A stretch of 64,000 nucleotides of DNA, from the IMG/VR virus record IMGVR_UViG_3300035208_001903, one strand, 5' to 3'. The position numbers were made by a program, and so were the translations under genes. Positions 31,001 through 41,881 of this stretch are shown here, in pieces. Positions within the stretch are counted from its first letter, which is position 1. The number at the start of each line of letters is the position of its first letter. Under the pieces are notes generated by a model. That model made no database searches and was not told the DNA's origin. It saw nothing but the letters and a program-made list of their open reading frames with translations. The stretch comes from an uncultured virus (IMG/VR IMGVR_UViG_3300035208_001903) (lineage: Duplodnaviria; Heunggongvirae; Uroviricota; Caudoviricetes).

Positions 31001-34000
31001 TGACTTGAGAAAAGACTTGATCCATGACTTGAGAATAGACTTGAGACACGACTTGAGACACGACTTGAGAACTGACTTGAGAATAGACTTGATCCATGAC
31101 TTGAGAATAGACTTGAGAATAGACTTGAGAATCAGTATGTCTTTTAGTTTTGATATCAATAATTTTCATGAAATATTGCCTTGTTTATCCCAGTAGCAAT
31201 AGGGAGATAGCAGTGTTGGATGACTTTAGTTCTGACGATTACCTTTAGTTTTTTTGTGATTAGACAATATACATCGTGGGTTGTTTGGTTTGCCATAAGT
31301 AATTCTAGTTCAGAGTCTATGTAGTTCCAGAACCGATTGGATTGTTTTTGGTTAAAGCGTTGGTACAGTTTTCTATCGTTGACATTGCAGTTAAGTAGTT
31401 TCATTTTAGTTTTAAGGTATAGTTGGAGGGGGTATCGTACCTAAAGTTAGTATAGTATTAGGAATTAGGTATAGGTATGTAAGGATTAGAATAGATAATG
31501 GGTTAGGTGTAGTCATAGTGGGGAAATGTGGGTAGGAGTGGATTATTAGTAAGATTGATTTGGTTAATTATTAAGGATTGTATGTTTAATTTTAAGTTAT
31601 TGTTAAGATTAAGATTTAGTTTAAGATAGATTGAATTAAATTTATTTAGTCTCATACATTTAGAAACAAAGTCCCAGAGTGGGCTATGTATATTATTCCA
31701 AACGATTTGATCTATATTGATTAGTATATGATCATGAATTTGGTAACGGGATCTGATTGGGTTTTGGGTTTTAAAGTTATTTAGTTTCATAGTGATTTTA
31801 TTTTGGTTTGTGAGTTTATTTGGGATTGAATTAGAGGAATAGTTTGGTATTGGAATTCGGATTTAACAACGGTTGAGAGTTTTAAGTATAGATTTAAGTT
31901 AGTATGAGGAGATGTATTATGGAGGATGATTGAGCTAATATGGGATTTTATATTATTCCAGACAATAGTAGAGTGAGATAGGTAGCATTTATTTTTAAAT
32001 TGTTTTAGTTTCATTTATTTGTTCCTTAATTAAAGAATAGACTTGATCTTTGACTATATCTTTAGCTTGAAAATAGACTTTATAATCTTGAGAATCTAAT
32101 TTAGAATAAACATGATACCAAACTTGAGAAAAAACGTGATAATTAACTTGAGTATTAACTTGAGTTCTATTATTTAAGTTAGTTAGTTTCATATATAATC
32201 ATATAATTTCGTTAGTATTAAAACTCGATCATCGCCTATACTATTTAAACTACTATTAAATTTATTCCATATTATATTTAAACATAGAGTACTTAAGTCA
32301 ATATTATTAAATAATAAACCTTTAAATTTAACGAATTCATTACAAGTAGATTCACCATTGATTACTTCAATATATTCAGGGCCGCTTGATATATCTATTA
32401 GTTTCATATTTTAGTTTCGACGATTTGATCATAGATTATACGCATTATTTTTTGTTTAATTTCATTATTAATATAAGCATAAAGATTATTATATGATATA
32501 ACTCTTTGTGTAGGTTGTATTGGTTGTATAGTATAATGCCACATCTTAAGATCTATAATATGAAGACTTTCTGGATGAATTTGAAGTTGAGATAATAAAA
32601 TTATGATTTGATGATTTGATAATTTTGAGTTAGTTAGTTTCATTTATTTGGTCCTTAATTTTATCCCAGACATGTAACCAGACTTTAGAATCGACTTGAG
32701 AATCTAATTCATAGCTATATTGATAATAAACATTAAATTTAGTTTTGGAATAGAATATAGACTTAAAATTATTAATAACATGAGATTCAATTAGTTTTAT
32801 ATTTCTATTCCAGATTTGAGATTTGACATCATCTTGATTGTTTAAGTTAGTTAGTTTCATTTATTTTGGCCTTAATTTGGGACCAGACACGAGAAAAGAA
32901 TTGAAAATAGATTTGATACCTGATTTGAAACCAGAGTGAAGAAATGAATTGAGAACTGAATTGAGACCAGACTTGAGAATAGACTTGATTCTTGAGTTGA
33001 GAATTAACTTGCGAATAGACTTGAGACACAACTTGATTTTTAGTTGTTACGTTAATTAGTTTCATTGACTTGGTCCTTTATAGATGATATTGCTACATTA
33101 TACATATTATGAAATTCAGACGGAAACACAAAATGATATCGAACAATAGGAGCAATTTGATATCTGACGTCATACATATCTTGTTCTATCAGTAATTTAG
33201 AATAGAATGCATTATCAAAAATATAATCTGCATTTTGATGAGTTAAGTTAGTTAGTTTCATAGTTTAAGGTATCATTATTTGGTTAGTTATTAAGGATTG
33301 CATATTTGATTTAAGATTTGTTTTGAGATTAAGATGTAGTTTAAGATAAATAGAATGAAATTTAATTGTAATAATATCTTTATAAGTAGAGTCCCAGATT
33401 TTGATATTTAGATTATTCCAAACCATTTGATCTATATTGTTTAGTATATGATCTTTGATTTGGGATCTAATTGGTTTTTGGATTTTAAAGTTATTTAGTT
33501 TCATATATTACTTGATTTAAAATTTGATGATAACATTGTCTTAGTTTAATTTGAATATGTTTTCTAACATTAATATCCATAACAGTTTTATATCCGTTTT
33601 GCCAAGTTTGTTCGTATATGTGATTTTCTATAGTGCCTAAAATAGATCTGATATTATTATGGTTGGTTTCTGATATTTTAAGATCTATTAGTTTCATTTA
33701 TTTTACCTCTAACTTCAAAGTATAGATAAGACCATACCCTAGAATCTACTTTAAAACTAACCTGATTTAGAACATTGTCCCAATCATGAAAACTAATTTG
33801 ATCCTTAACTATTTGATTAATTCGAGACATAAATTGGTATTTCTTATTTTCTATAAATCTGTGGCTATTTAGTTCCATATATTTTTCTTTCAACAAAATT
33901 AGCTACCGTTATCTATCAATGTATATTTAAATGTTTCATTAATTTCATCTTTTATTCTATAATAAACCAGCCTCCATACATAAGGTATATTTTGCCTTAT

Positions 34001-36930
34001 ACATGTATCTATTTGAGGTATATAAGGTACTAAATTTAATAAAGATTTAAGTTCTTTATATACCTTAACTGATACTTGTATACGCATTTGTGAATAGTTT
34101 TTTATTTCATTTAGTTTCATTTAATTCATTCTTTATATTAAAATATGCTTGATGCCATAATCCTAAGTTCATTTTTAAATTTATACCAATTTTAATTCTA
34201 TAATTAATGTTTTTAATACTTATCTCAACTCCTCTCAAAAATATACTATCGAATATCTGCATATCCATCTCTAAACAATTATTAATCTCTTTTAGTTTCA
34301 TTAAGACCTCTAATAAGAATAGGATAAATTAAATCTATAACCCTTGAATGTACATTATACTCTATTCTAATATTATTATGATGTAAATTTATTAACTTAC
34401 GCCATAACCCTGCTTCATATATCTTAAGCTCAATACTATTATAAAAAATATTCCTTAATAAATCAGGCAAAATATCTAAACTACTTCTAATCTCACTTAA
34501 CTTCATATATCTCCTTTAACTCATTATCTATTATATTCCTTCCATTCGTATGTGAAGCAGGTATCCATAAATTCATAAGTACCTTATAAGATATTGAATT
34601 ATCCATATCTAATCTCAATTCCAAAAATCTAATATAATTCAAAGAATCACATATCACATCACTATAAACTAAATTATACTTTAATTCTTTTATTTTCATT
34701 TATACCTTCACTTATTATCCTCAGTATAAGTAATTCATTTAAACTGCTCTTCCAATTAAGTAAATTTATATTAATAGATAAAACAATTAATCCACATATC
34801 TTTATACTAATATCTCCCATACACGAACCACATGTATAAGGTTTATGTAATAGTTCTTTTAACTTCATTTAGTCACCTAAGTCCATAAGTATCATATATT
34901 TCTAATTCTATTAAAGTCTTTAAACTATCATATCTATTTAAATCTATTTTCGTTTGATATATACATTTAGGTAATAACCAACTTATATTTCTTTTAATAT
35001 CACTAAAAACATTTATGTTCTTATTAATCATTATTAACTCCCAGTACATATCATCCATTATATCTACGCCTATATAATCTCCTAACCTCATTTGATTAAC
35101 TCCTCATCTATTATATCGTCTATCATAATCATAAGTAAATTAACATCCAATACATCTAATCTAATAAATAACTCATCCAAATTATATGTCAGGCCACCAA
35201 CAATAATATCATAAGTCCTATTAAATAAATGATTTATTGCTATAGGATAACTCATATATTTATTACCAACCTCTTTTAACTTCATATAACTCCTTATCTA
35301 CAGCATCATTTATATATACAGGAACATCCATACAAGTCCATTTACTATTCTGTAATAACATAGATATATGAACTTCCTTTCTCATACCAATTATCCAATC
35401 AGATATAAACTTAATACTAGACATATATACTAAATTACGATTTTTTAGTTCTATTAACTTCATTTTACTACCGCATTTATAATATTCTCATTTATACAAT
35501 CTATTATCATATGCCAATTTATATTATCCTTATTGTTTAAAGTTAAAAGCTTATTAAAATGATGAGGCTTTAAATTATCATCTGCCACCTGCTTATATAC
35601 AAGCTTCATTAATTCATTATATAAATCATCACATAACTTTTCATTTATCTTCTTTAAATTCACTAAGATTCTCCTTCAATAAATTAATTTCACTAAATAA
35701 CAAAGTTAAAAACCTACCCTTAAAATCCCAATCTAAATAATAAAGTTCATCATTAAATATATCCCACATCTCACACACTATATTATCGGTTATAGGCCAA
35801 GCTAAATATCCAATATCTTTAATTTTTATTAATTTCATATACTAACCCATCAAGTAAGGTCCAATAGTCAGATCTATCTAATATACCTAAAAATTTATCA
35901 TCTATATTTTCAAAAGTATCCCATTCTATTTGTTCTATGCACATTTGAATCAATAACCTATCAGTATTAGTCGATATAGTATTATTAGTTTTGAGTATAG
36001 ACTTAATGAGTTTATTTGGATTAATGAATTGATTTAGTTTCATATAACCTTAGTTAATCTATCTATTTCGTTTCCCATAAATCCTAACACATCACGTAAA
36101 AATATATACCTAAACTTAATATCTATTGTCATTAATTTATTTTGTTCTAACTGCATTATAAGATTTCTAAACATTATATTATCCATATTATTTGAACAAA
36201 TAACATATTCAATTACTCCTATAGTTGTTTTTACACTAATTAAATTAACTATATCTTTTAACTTCATCTATAGCATCCTTTATAAACATCCAATCATTAT
36301 TCAGTATACCTAATAATATTATATGAAACCTTGCTTCAACAGATAAATTATCATATAAAATATCATTCATTTTTGCATGTATATTATAAGAATAATCAAA
36401 AACGCATAATTTACTTGTTACATCCCTTAGTTTCATCTATACTCCTTTTAAGATTAACTAATATATCTAAATCTAAGTTCTTATATTTTAACTGTAACGC
36501 ATAAGCGAATACACCTAAAGTTTTCCACCAAATTAGATAAAATTCATTCAACTTTGACGTCATAGTACCAAAATCAGTATTATCTTTATAAGTATAATTC
36601 TTTAGTTTCATTTATGGGTTTCCAATATTTAATTGTCTAGGATTAGGAATTTTTGTACGAAATTCCTGCCATAACATGAATAATTGAGGATTAGATTTAT
36701 GGCAATCATCCCATAGTACAGAATAAAAATTAACAAATTTAGGACCCGCTGTCTGATAGTTTAAAATATTTTGTTTAGTTTTATTTAGTTTCATTAACTT
36801 GTTCCTGAATATTATGATAGAATTGAAGCATGACATTAGAACTGATTGAGCTATAAGGGTTATAAGATCTAATATCATGCCAAACCGTTGCTTGGATTTG
36901 ATCTAATTTTGTTATATGTTTTAGTTTCAT
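28077..36930 (-). repeat. main tandem array of about 44 small MKL-family genes
   Basis: Nearly continuous chain of 49-95 aa ORFs starting M(K/R)L, most overlapping the previous stop through an ATGARRYT junction. Includes a 58-aa ORF at 28653-28829 missing from the supplied track, and SQV-repeat members at 30975 and 32847. Confidence 0.85.
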
Positions 36931-36950
36931 AATTGATTATAATAATTAAA

Positions 36951-37235
36951 TGCCGCTGCCCGGACTTGAACCGGGACGGCCTTACGGCCAGGGGATTTTA
37001 CTTACCACTATAGCTTTCGCTACCATATAAATGTTTGTGGTCTGGACTATGCCTTCGCCATAGCTTCAGCTTTAGGTGGGTGATTATAGTCTCTACACGT
37101 TCCCTTTCGGGCTTCGCTCGACGTTGGGTTTCCATTTCAGAGAGCCGTTCATCGAATTTACACCTTACTACTTATCCTTTTCAAGATAAGCGACCCATTT
37201 TGAGTCCCCAGTGTCTGCCATTCCACCACAGCGGC
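36951..37235 (-). tRNA. tRNA-Leu(UAA) interrupted by an intron
   Basis: 5' exon 37203-37235 (GCCGCTGTGGTGGAATGGCAGACACTGGGGACT) and 3' exon 36951-37000 (TAAAATCCCC..long variable arm..GGTTCAAGTCC..CAGCGGCA). The spliced anticodon loop is CT-TAA-AA. Confidence 0.92.
37001..37202 (-). mobile_element. group I self-splicing intron (202 nt, IC3-like), no ORF
   Basis: Exon ends in U and intron ends in G. P1 GACU/GGUC has the U-G wobble. Core elements P AAATTCGATGAA, Q AACGTCGAGC, R AGAGACTA, S AAGGCATAGTCC. Confidence 0.9.
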
Positions 37236-37237
37236 AA

Positions 37238-37249
37238 TTTCAAAGAGCA
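37238..37249 (-). promoter_or_regulatory. boxA-like antitermination sequence TGCTCTTTGAAA
   Basis: Close match to rrn boxA, 2 nt upstream of tRNA-Leu. Confidence 0.6.
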
Positions 37250-37310
37250 TAAAGCTTACTAACAATTCTTTTTATTTCTACCTCTAAAAGTACCAGTTTG
37301 ACTATGACAA

Positions 37311-37532
37311 TTATTTAATTTTCTTAGTTTCTTTAATTTGATCATCAATATAAAAACAAGTATTTGTTATATTTTCAAAATCAAAAACACGTTGTGCATT
37401 CAGATATAATCCATAATTAAAAGTAAGAGCATAGTTAATATATGATTCGATTTTATTTTCTACACGTCACTGAATTTTAACTGCTATTTGAAAATTGGCA
37501 TTACTTTTATTTTTAATGTTACTTAGTTTCAT
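37311..37532 (-). pseudogene. MKL-family gene with internal TGA
   Basis: Reads MKLSNIKNKS..KIQ*RVENK..DDQIKETKKIK with the stop at 37467-37469; the frame continues to a family-typical end. Confidence 0.7.
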
Positions 37533-39609
37533 TTAATATATCCACCATTTCAGATATTACACATGAATGAACTGGAACATAAACTTTAGAAGCAACAAAA
37601 TTATTGATATAAAAATTAACAGTATATTGGCTTGAAAAATTATTTGGAGGGCCTATGTCTCTTATGTTTTCAATTTTAAAAATAATATCATTATTAACTT
37701 TAACCAGGATATTATGATGAACTAAACAGCATATAGTATCATCAGAATGATTAGACGGTTTAATATAATCTTTAAGTTTCATATTTATCTATGCATAATT
37801 ACCTTTTAATTCTCATATTGTTTTTAAATAATATGATCTTCTTATTTGGGCACTGTACATACCATTTGTGGGCAAACGTGTAAACGAAGAAATTGAGCCC
37901 AAATTCATTACTTGTTTGATTCATACGGTGTTTGGTGGTATTTGTTTGATATCCACCGTTGTTAAGAATAATGAATTTTTCACTGAATTTAACAACAGGA
38001 GTGGTATGATAGATTATTTTGGTATACTTTTTATCAGTTATAATTGACGTGCTAGTTGTACCAATTTGGTCTACTCTTGCCATAAAGACCTTCTTTGTTA
38101 AGGTTATAAAGAATATACATCATGGCAATAAAAATGTCAAGGTCTTATTTAAAATAGAATGGTTTGTATTTTGGATGTTTAACCATAGCTGAAGCATCTA
38201 AAGGTATTAAAACCCATAAGGTATCTTGATAAGTTATTGTATGGATATTATGGGTTGTTATTATAGATGTATGTTTTACTGTAGGTTTAAATATAATAAA
38301 CATAATTATAATTGAGATTAGATAAATCATACCCATTGAGAAGGATTTTAGATGTTCCATATTATCCCTTATTAGTTAAAGTATTGTGTATTCCTTCACA
38401 AAGTATTTCTTTATTTAAATTAGTACTATGTCTATATAGTAAGAATTGTTTTGCATTATATAATATCCATTTATTAAGAAGCATGTTAATTTTATAATTT
38501 ATATCTGTTCTAATATTAAATGTTTCAATATTAAAAGATAATGTTGAAAATTTATGATAAAAGACTTGAGATTTGACTTGAGACCAAACTTGATCATTGT
38601 TTATTTTACTTAGTTTCATTTATTTGATCCCATTTCTATCATTAATTTCATTTACTAAATATAGAACATAATAATGAATTTTAGAATGGATGCTATCGTG
38701 CATTTCAACCATAACATTAGAAAATTTATATGAATTAACTTGATAATCAATATTACATCTTGTTTCTATTTCATTTAGTTTCATTGATTTGATCCCGAAA
38801 TTGAGACCAGACGACTTGAGAATCGACTTGATCCACGACATAAGACATAACTTGAACTATAACATTAGAACTGACTTGAGATTTAACTTGAGAATCTAAT
38901 TGAGAATAAAATAGACTTGAGAAATTGACTTGATACCTATTTTTTATTTTAGTTAGTTTCATGATTCTATTCTTATATTTCTTTTCATTTGTAACATGAC
39001 TTGTGAATATATAATACCAGAAATCTGAGTATGAATTTTGCTTAAACATAAATCAGAATAGAATTGAGAGTTAAGATTGTTCCATAATTGGAAATCTATA
39101 TTTGCATATTTAGATGGTAATGATATATAGATAAAATCAAAATAATTTTTTGCAATGTCTTTTAGTTCGATTAATTTCATTTGATTGGTTCCAAGTAAAA
39201 AATCTCTATGAGTTGACTCAGTACTTCATCACCAACACGAAATTCAAATTGTTGCCATTCTTTATAAAAATGTACATTATAAAAACGGCAAGTAATACCA
39301 TTTATAACTTTAGAACTTATGTCAATATTAATTTGTTGTTCTACTTGAAACGACTTATTTTTTATATATTTTAATTCACTTAGTTTCATTTACTTGGTCC
39401 TGAATTTTATGATGTATCTGAAACATAACATGAGACCAAACTCGTAAATTAAAATAAAACCAAACTTGTAAAATAAATTGAGTGCTGAATGGATACCTTA
39501 AAGACTCTACTTTAAACCTGACTCTATCAGTTATTTGAAACTTAAGTTCTAACTCTTTTTTTAATTTACTTAGTTTCATTGATTTGTTTCTTAAATCAAT
39601 TAGTTTCAT
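37519..39609 (-). repeat. MKL-family genes (37519, 38362, 38620, 38771, 38959, 39177, 39376) interleaved with two unrelated hypotheticals (37799, 38145)
   Basis: MKL starts, INETK ends and residual SQV repeats. Confidence 0.75.
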
Positions 39610-39620
39610 ATTGTTTTCTT

Positions 39621-39660
39621 AAAAAATATGCAGTGTTTTGGATTAGAAAACACTGCATAT
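39621..39660 (-). terminator. intrinsic terminator
   Basis: Perfect 14-bp stem ATATGCAGTGTTTT/AAAACACTGCATAT followed by a T-run on the minus strand. Confidence 0.8.
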
Positions 39661-39688
39661 CATACAACCAAAAATAATGCTTTGTTAC

Positions 39689-40000
39689 TTAGTCTGCAAC
39701 GTTCTTGGCTTCCTCTGCGAAGTGGTCGTATTCCTTCACAATGCCAACTTCCCAAATACCAGCAGGAACATTGACATGATGATGTTCCTCATGCTTGACT
39801 GTGACTTCTTCGGCATTTGTCATGAACATCTTACCGGAAGCCTCATCAAGAATCAGGTCAATTTCATCCTCAATCACATGCGCATGGCCTGTTACTTCAC
39901 CTTCTGCCAGCACATAGCCGCGTGCCTTACGTTCAACTTTCTTACCCTTTGGCATACTCTTAACGGCACGAAGCAACACATCACCCTGCTGAATCAACAT
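39689..40000 (-). CDS. conserved small protein (QQGDVLL..GEVTGHAH), usual partner of DUF6745
   Basis: Motifs QQGDVLL, LAEGEVTGHAH and HEEH; adjacent to the DUF6745-like gene. Confidence 0.7.
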   Translation of the reverse strand: MLIQQGDVLLRAVKSMPKGKKVERKARGYVLAEGEVTGHAHVIEDEIDLILDEASGKMFMTNAEEVTVKHEEHHHVNVPAGIWEVGIVKEYDHFAEEAKNVAD

Positions 40001-40051
40001 ACAACCTCCTTGAATAAAGTGAAAACCTCAGTTTATTGTTATTTATATTGC

Positions 40052-40909
40052 TTAGCTCAAAAAATCGGGCTCTTCATCAGTACCATTACGGAAAACCAAT
40101 GCTTCCTTCACAGTCTTAGTATTAGGCGGCACTCCTTCCACATGCCACACTCCAATACTGGGATTTTTCATTTTAAGATAAGGCCTACGATTGCCATCAC
40201 CAATATTCAGTTCAAGCAGTTCGTAGTCACCTTCTTGATCGATTGTCGTTGCACCGAGTTCCGTAATCAATCTTTCCATGCCGACTTTTCTTACAAGTTC
40301 TCTGCGGACCTCAAGATTGGTTTCTTTAATAACACTATAGATATCAATTTTATCCCACGGTGTTTCTACATGCTCTTTTTTCATACGAACACCATTCAGG
40401 ATCCACAAAGAAAAATCATCTTTGAAGCGAATAGCCGGACCTGTTTCACAATGCAACACACCGTTCTTCCTGTGATATTCCACAGGTTTTTCACTGATAA
40501 TACAAACATCATCAAAAGCAAATATCAAACCAAGTTTCAGTGTGCGTTTCCATATGTTATACTTCTCAAGCAAATCATCACTGATATTGATATGCAAAAC
40601 CTCAATACAGTAATCATACAGCGCGAAAATGTTTGCATCAAAAGAGCCTGACAAATACGGCCACACAAAACCAATATTGGATCCAATCTGTTTCTGAATA
40701 TAACTCCAAACAGCAAGAGGTGAAGGAAACACCAACACCTGCTCAGGCTTGGCCTGCTTCAGAATAGTTTCATAAAAAGGATTCATGATATTGATTGCTT
40801 CCTCGAGCGTAAATGGCTCAGTGGAATATCCAATATCAATGAACTTCTTACAGTAAACATCCATCATCTTGACTTGTTCCTCATTCAAGGAATCAATCAT
40901 ACAACACAC
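40052..40909 (-). CDS. DUF6745-like protein
   Basis: CIISEKP..GVLHCETGPAIRFKDDFSLWILNGV, NLEVRR and EGVPP..TVKEAL motifs. Confidence 0.75.
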   Translation of the reverse strand: MCCMIDSLNEEQVKMMDVYCKKFIDIGYSTEPFTLEEAINIMNPFYETILKQAKPEQVLVFPSPLAVWSYIQKQIGSNIGFVWPYLSGSFDANIFALYDYCIEVLHINISDDLLEKYNIWKRTLKLGLIFAFDDVCIISEKPVEYHRKNGVLHCETGPAIRFKDDFSLWILNGVRMKKEHVETPWDKIDIYSVIKETNLEVRRELVRKVGMERLITELGATTIDQEGDYELLELNIGDGNRRPYLKMKNPSIGVWHVEGVPPNTKTVKEALVFRNGTDEEPDFLS

Positions 40910-40916
40910 CCTTTCA

Positions 40917-41225
40917 TTAATGGTTATTGGTTAATATAACATATGCCGCGCGAATTTTCATAAAAATGTTTGAATTTCCACCTTTATCCGGATGATTTAT
41001 TAGAGCAAGCCTTCTAAAGGCATTTTTAATATCTTCTATAGTCGCTCCAATCTTAAGGCCTAGAATAGACCAAGGTGAATCATTTTGGATAATTTCAGCA
41101 GCTTGCGTACCATTCATTACAAATTCAAATGCATCCTTCCATTGTTTAGGATTGCCTTTTGGACCTTTATAAGTTCCATAAGGCGAATAATTATCATCCC
41201 AAATAGATTTACGTTTAGTTTTCAT
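40917..41225 (-). CDS. J-domain (DnaJ-like) protein
   Basis: PWSILGL..IKNAFRRLALINHPDKGG. Confidence 0.88.
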   Translation of the reverse strand: MKTKRKSIWDDNYSPYGTYKGPKGNPKQWKDAFEFVMNGTQAAEIIQNDSPWSILGLKIGATIEDIKNAFRRLALINHPDKGGNSNIFMKIRAAYVILTNNH

Positions 41226-41509
41226 TATTGACCAAGTTGATTTAGTTGTTCGACTTCTTGTTTAGAAAGCAGATTATGTCCATACTTTCTACCTTTAAGT
41301 CCTATAATTGAAAGGTGTTTACATTGTCCGTGTGCAATATTACCTCTACATGAACAAGTCCAATAACCGGCACCAGGAGCAGCATCATAAGATACCATAT
41401 AATTCTTATTTGAACTTGAAGACCTTACCAAGAATCTTGCCTTATACCTTGGTGTATTTGGAAAAGTTTCAACTGCTGATTGTTTAATAATGGCAAGAAC
41501 ATTTGACAT
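41225..41509 (-). CDS. SWIM zinc-finger protein
   Basis: WTCSCRG..QCKH. Confidence 0.72.
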   Translation of the reverse strand: MSNVLAIIKQSAVETFPNTPRYKARFLVRSSSSNKNYMVSYDAAPGAGYWTCSCRGNIAHGQCKHLSIIGLKGRKYGHNLLSKQEVEQLNQLGQ

Positions 41510-41881
41510 ATTAACTTCTCCTTTGATAAATCAAATATACATCAGGTCCATTAATTTGTCAAGAGGTATATCCATTTTATTTTTAACAGACATCATTTAG
41601 GAACTTTAGGAATATATGTTGTTTCTGTATGGCCAATTAATTAATTCCTTTAATATCTTCCAAAAATTGCTTAGCTGCTTTACCTGCGCGCACTTTAGAA
41701 AATTCTTGACATAGTGAATTGCTTGAGACTAGACATATATCAAATAAAAGTTTATTAACAAGTTCTATAGTTGCTTCAAGATTTTTAAACCTTTTATCAT
41801 CAGTATTAGTTTCGCCAACTTTTCACCACGGTTCAGGTATATCCTCACTTGAAACCCCCAATCTCGGCCGCAGCCGCTTGA

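Noticed and set aside
14965..31196. Plus-strand (DLRx)n ORFs at 14965, 22618, 23863 and 30948, and the (LKS)n extension of 30761
   Set aside because: Alternative frames of the stop-free 12-bp repeat. The SQV frame has the family start and end and fits the operon.
28077..36930. Diversity-generating retroelement as the source of MKL variation
   Set aside because: No reverse transcriptase in the window and no template/variable pair differing only at adenines; cannot be excluded elsewhere in the genome.
37035..37262. Plus-strand 75-aa ORF as an intron homing endonuclease
   Set aside because: Antisense to the tRNA and intron, with no nuclease motif.
37311..37532. Stop-codon reassignment suggested by short ORFs and one in-frame TGA
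   Set aside because: Long genes are intact in code 11, TGA and TAG end many genes at overlaps with the next start, and the short ORFs change frame at each junction.
39677..40651. 324-aa plus-strand ORF
   Set aside because: Antisense shadow of the DUF6745-like gene and its partner, which carry recognisable motifs.
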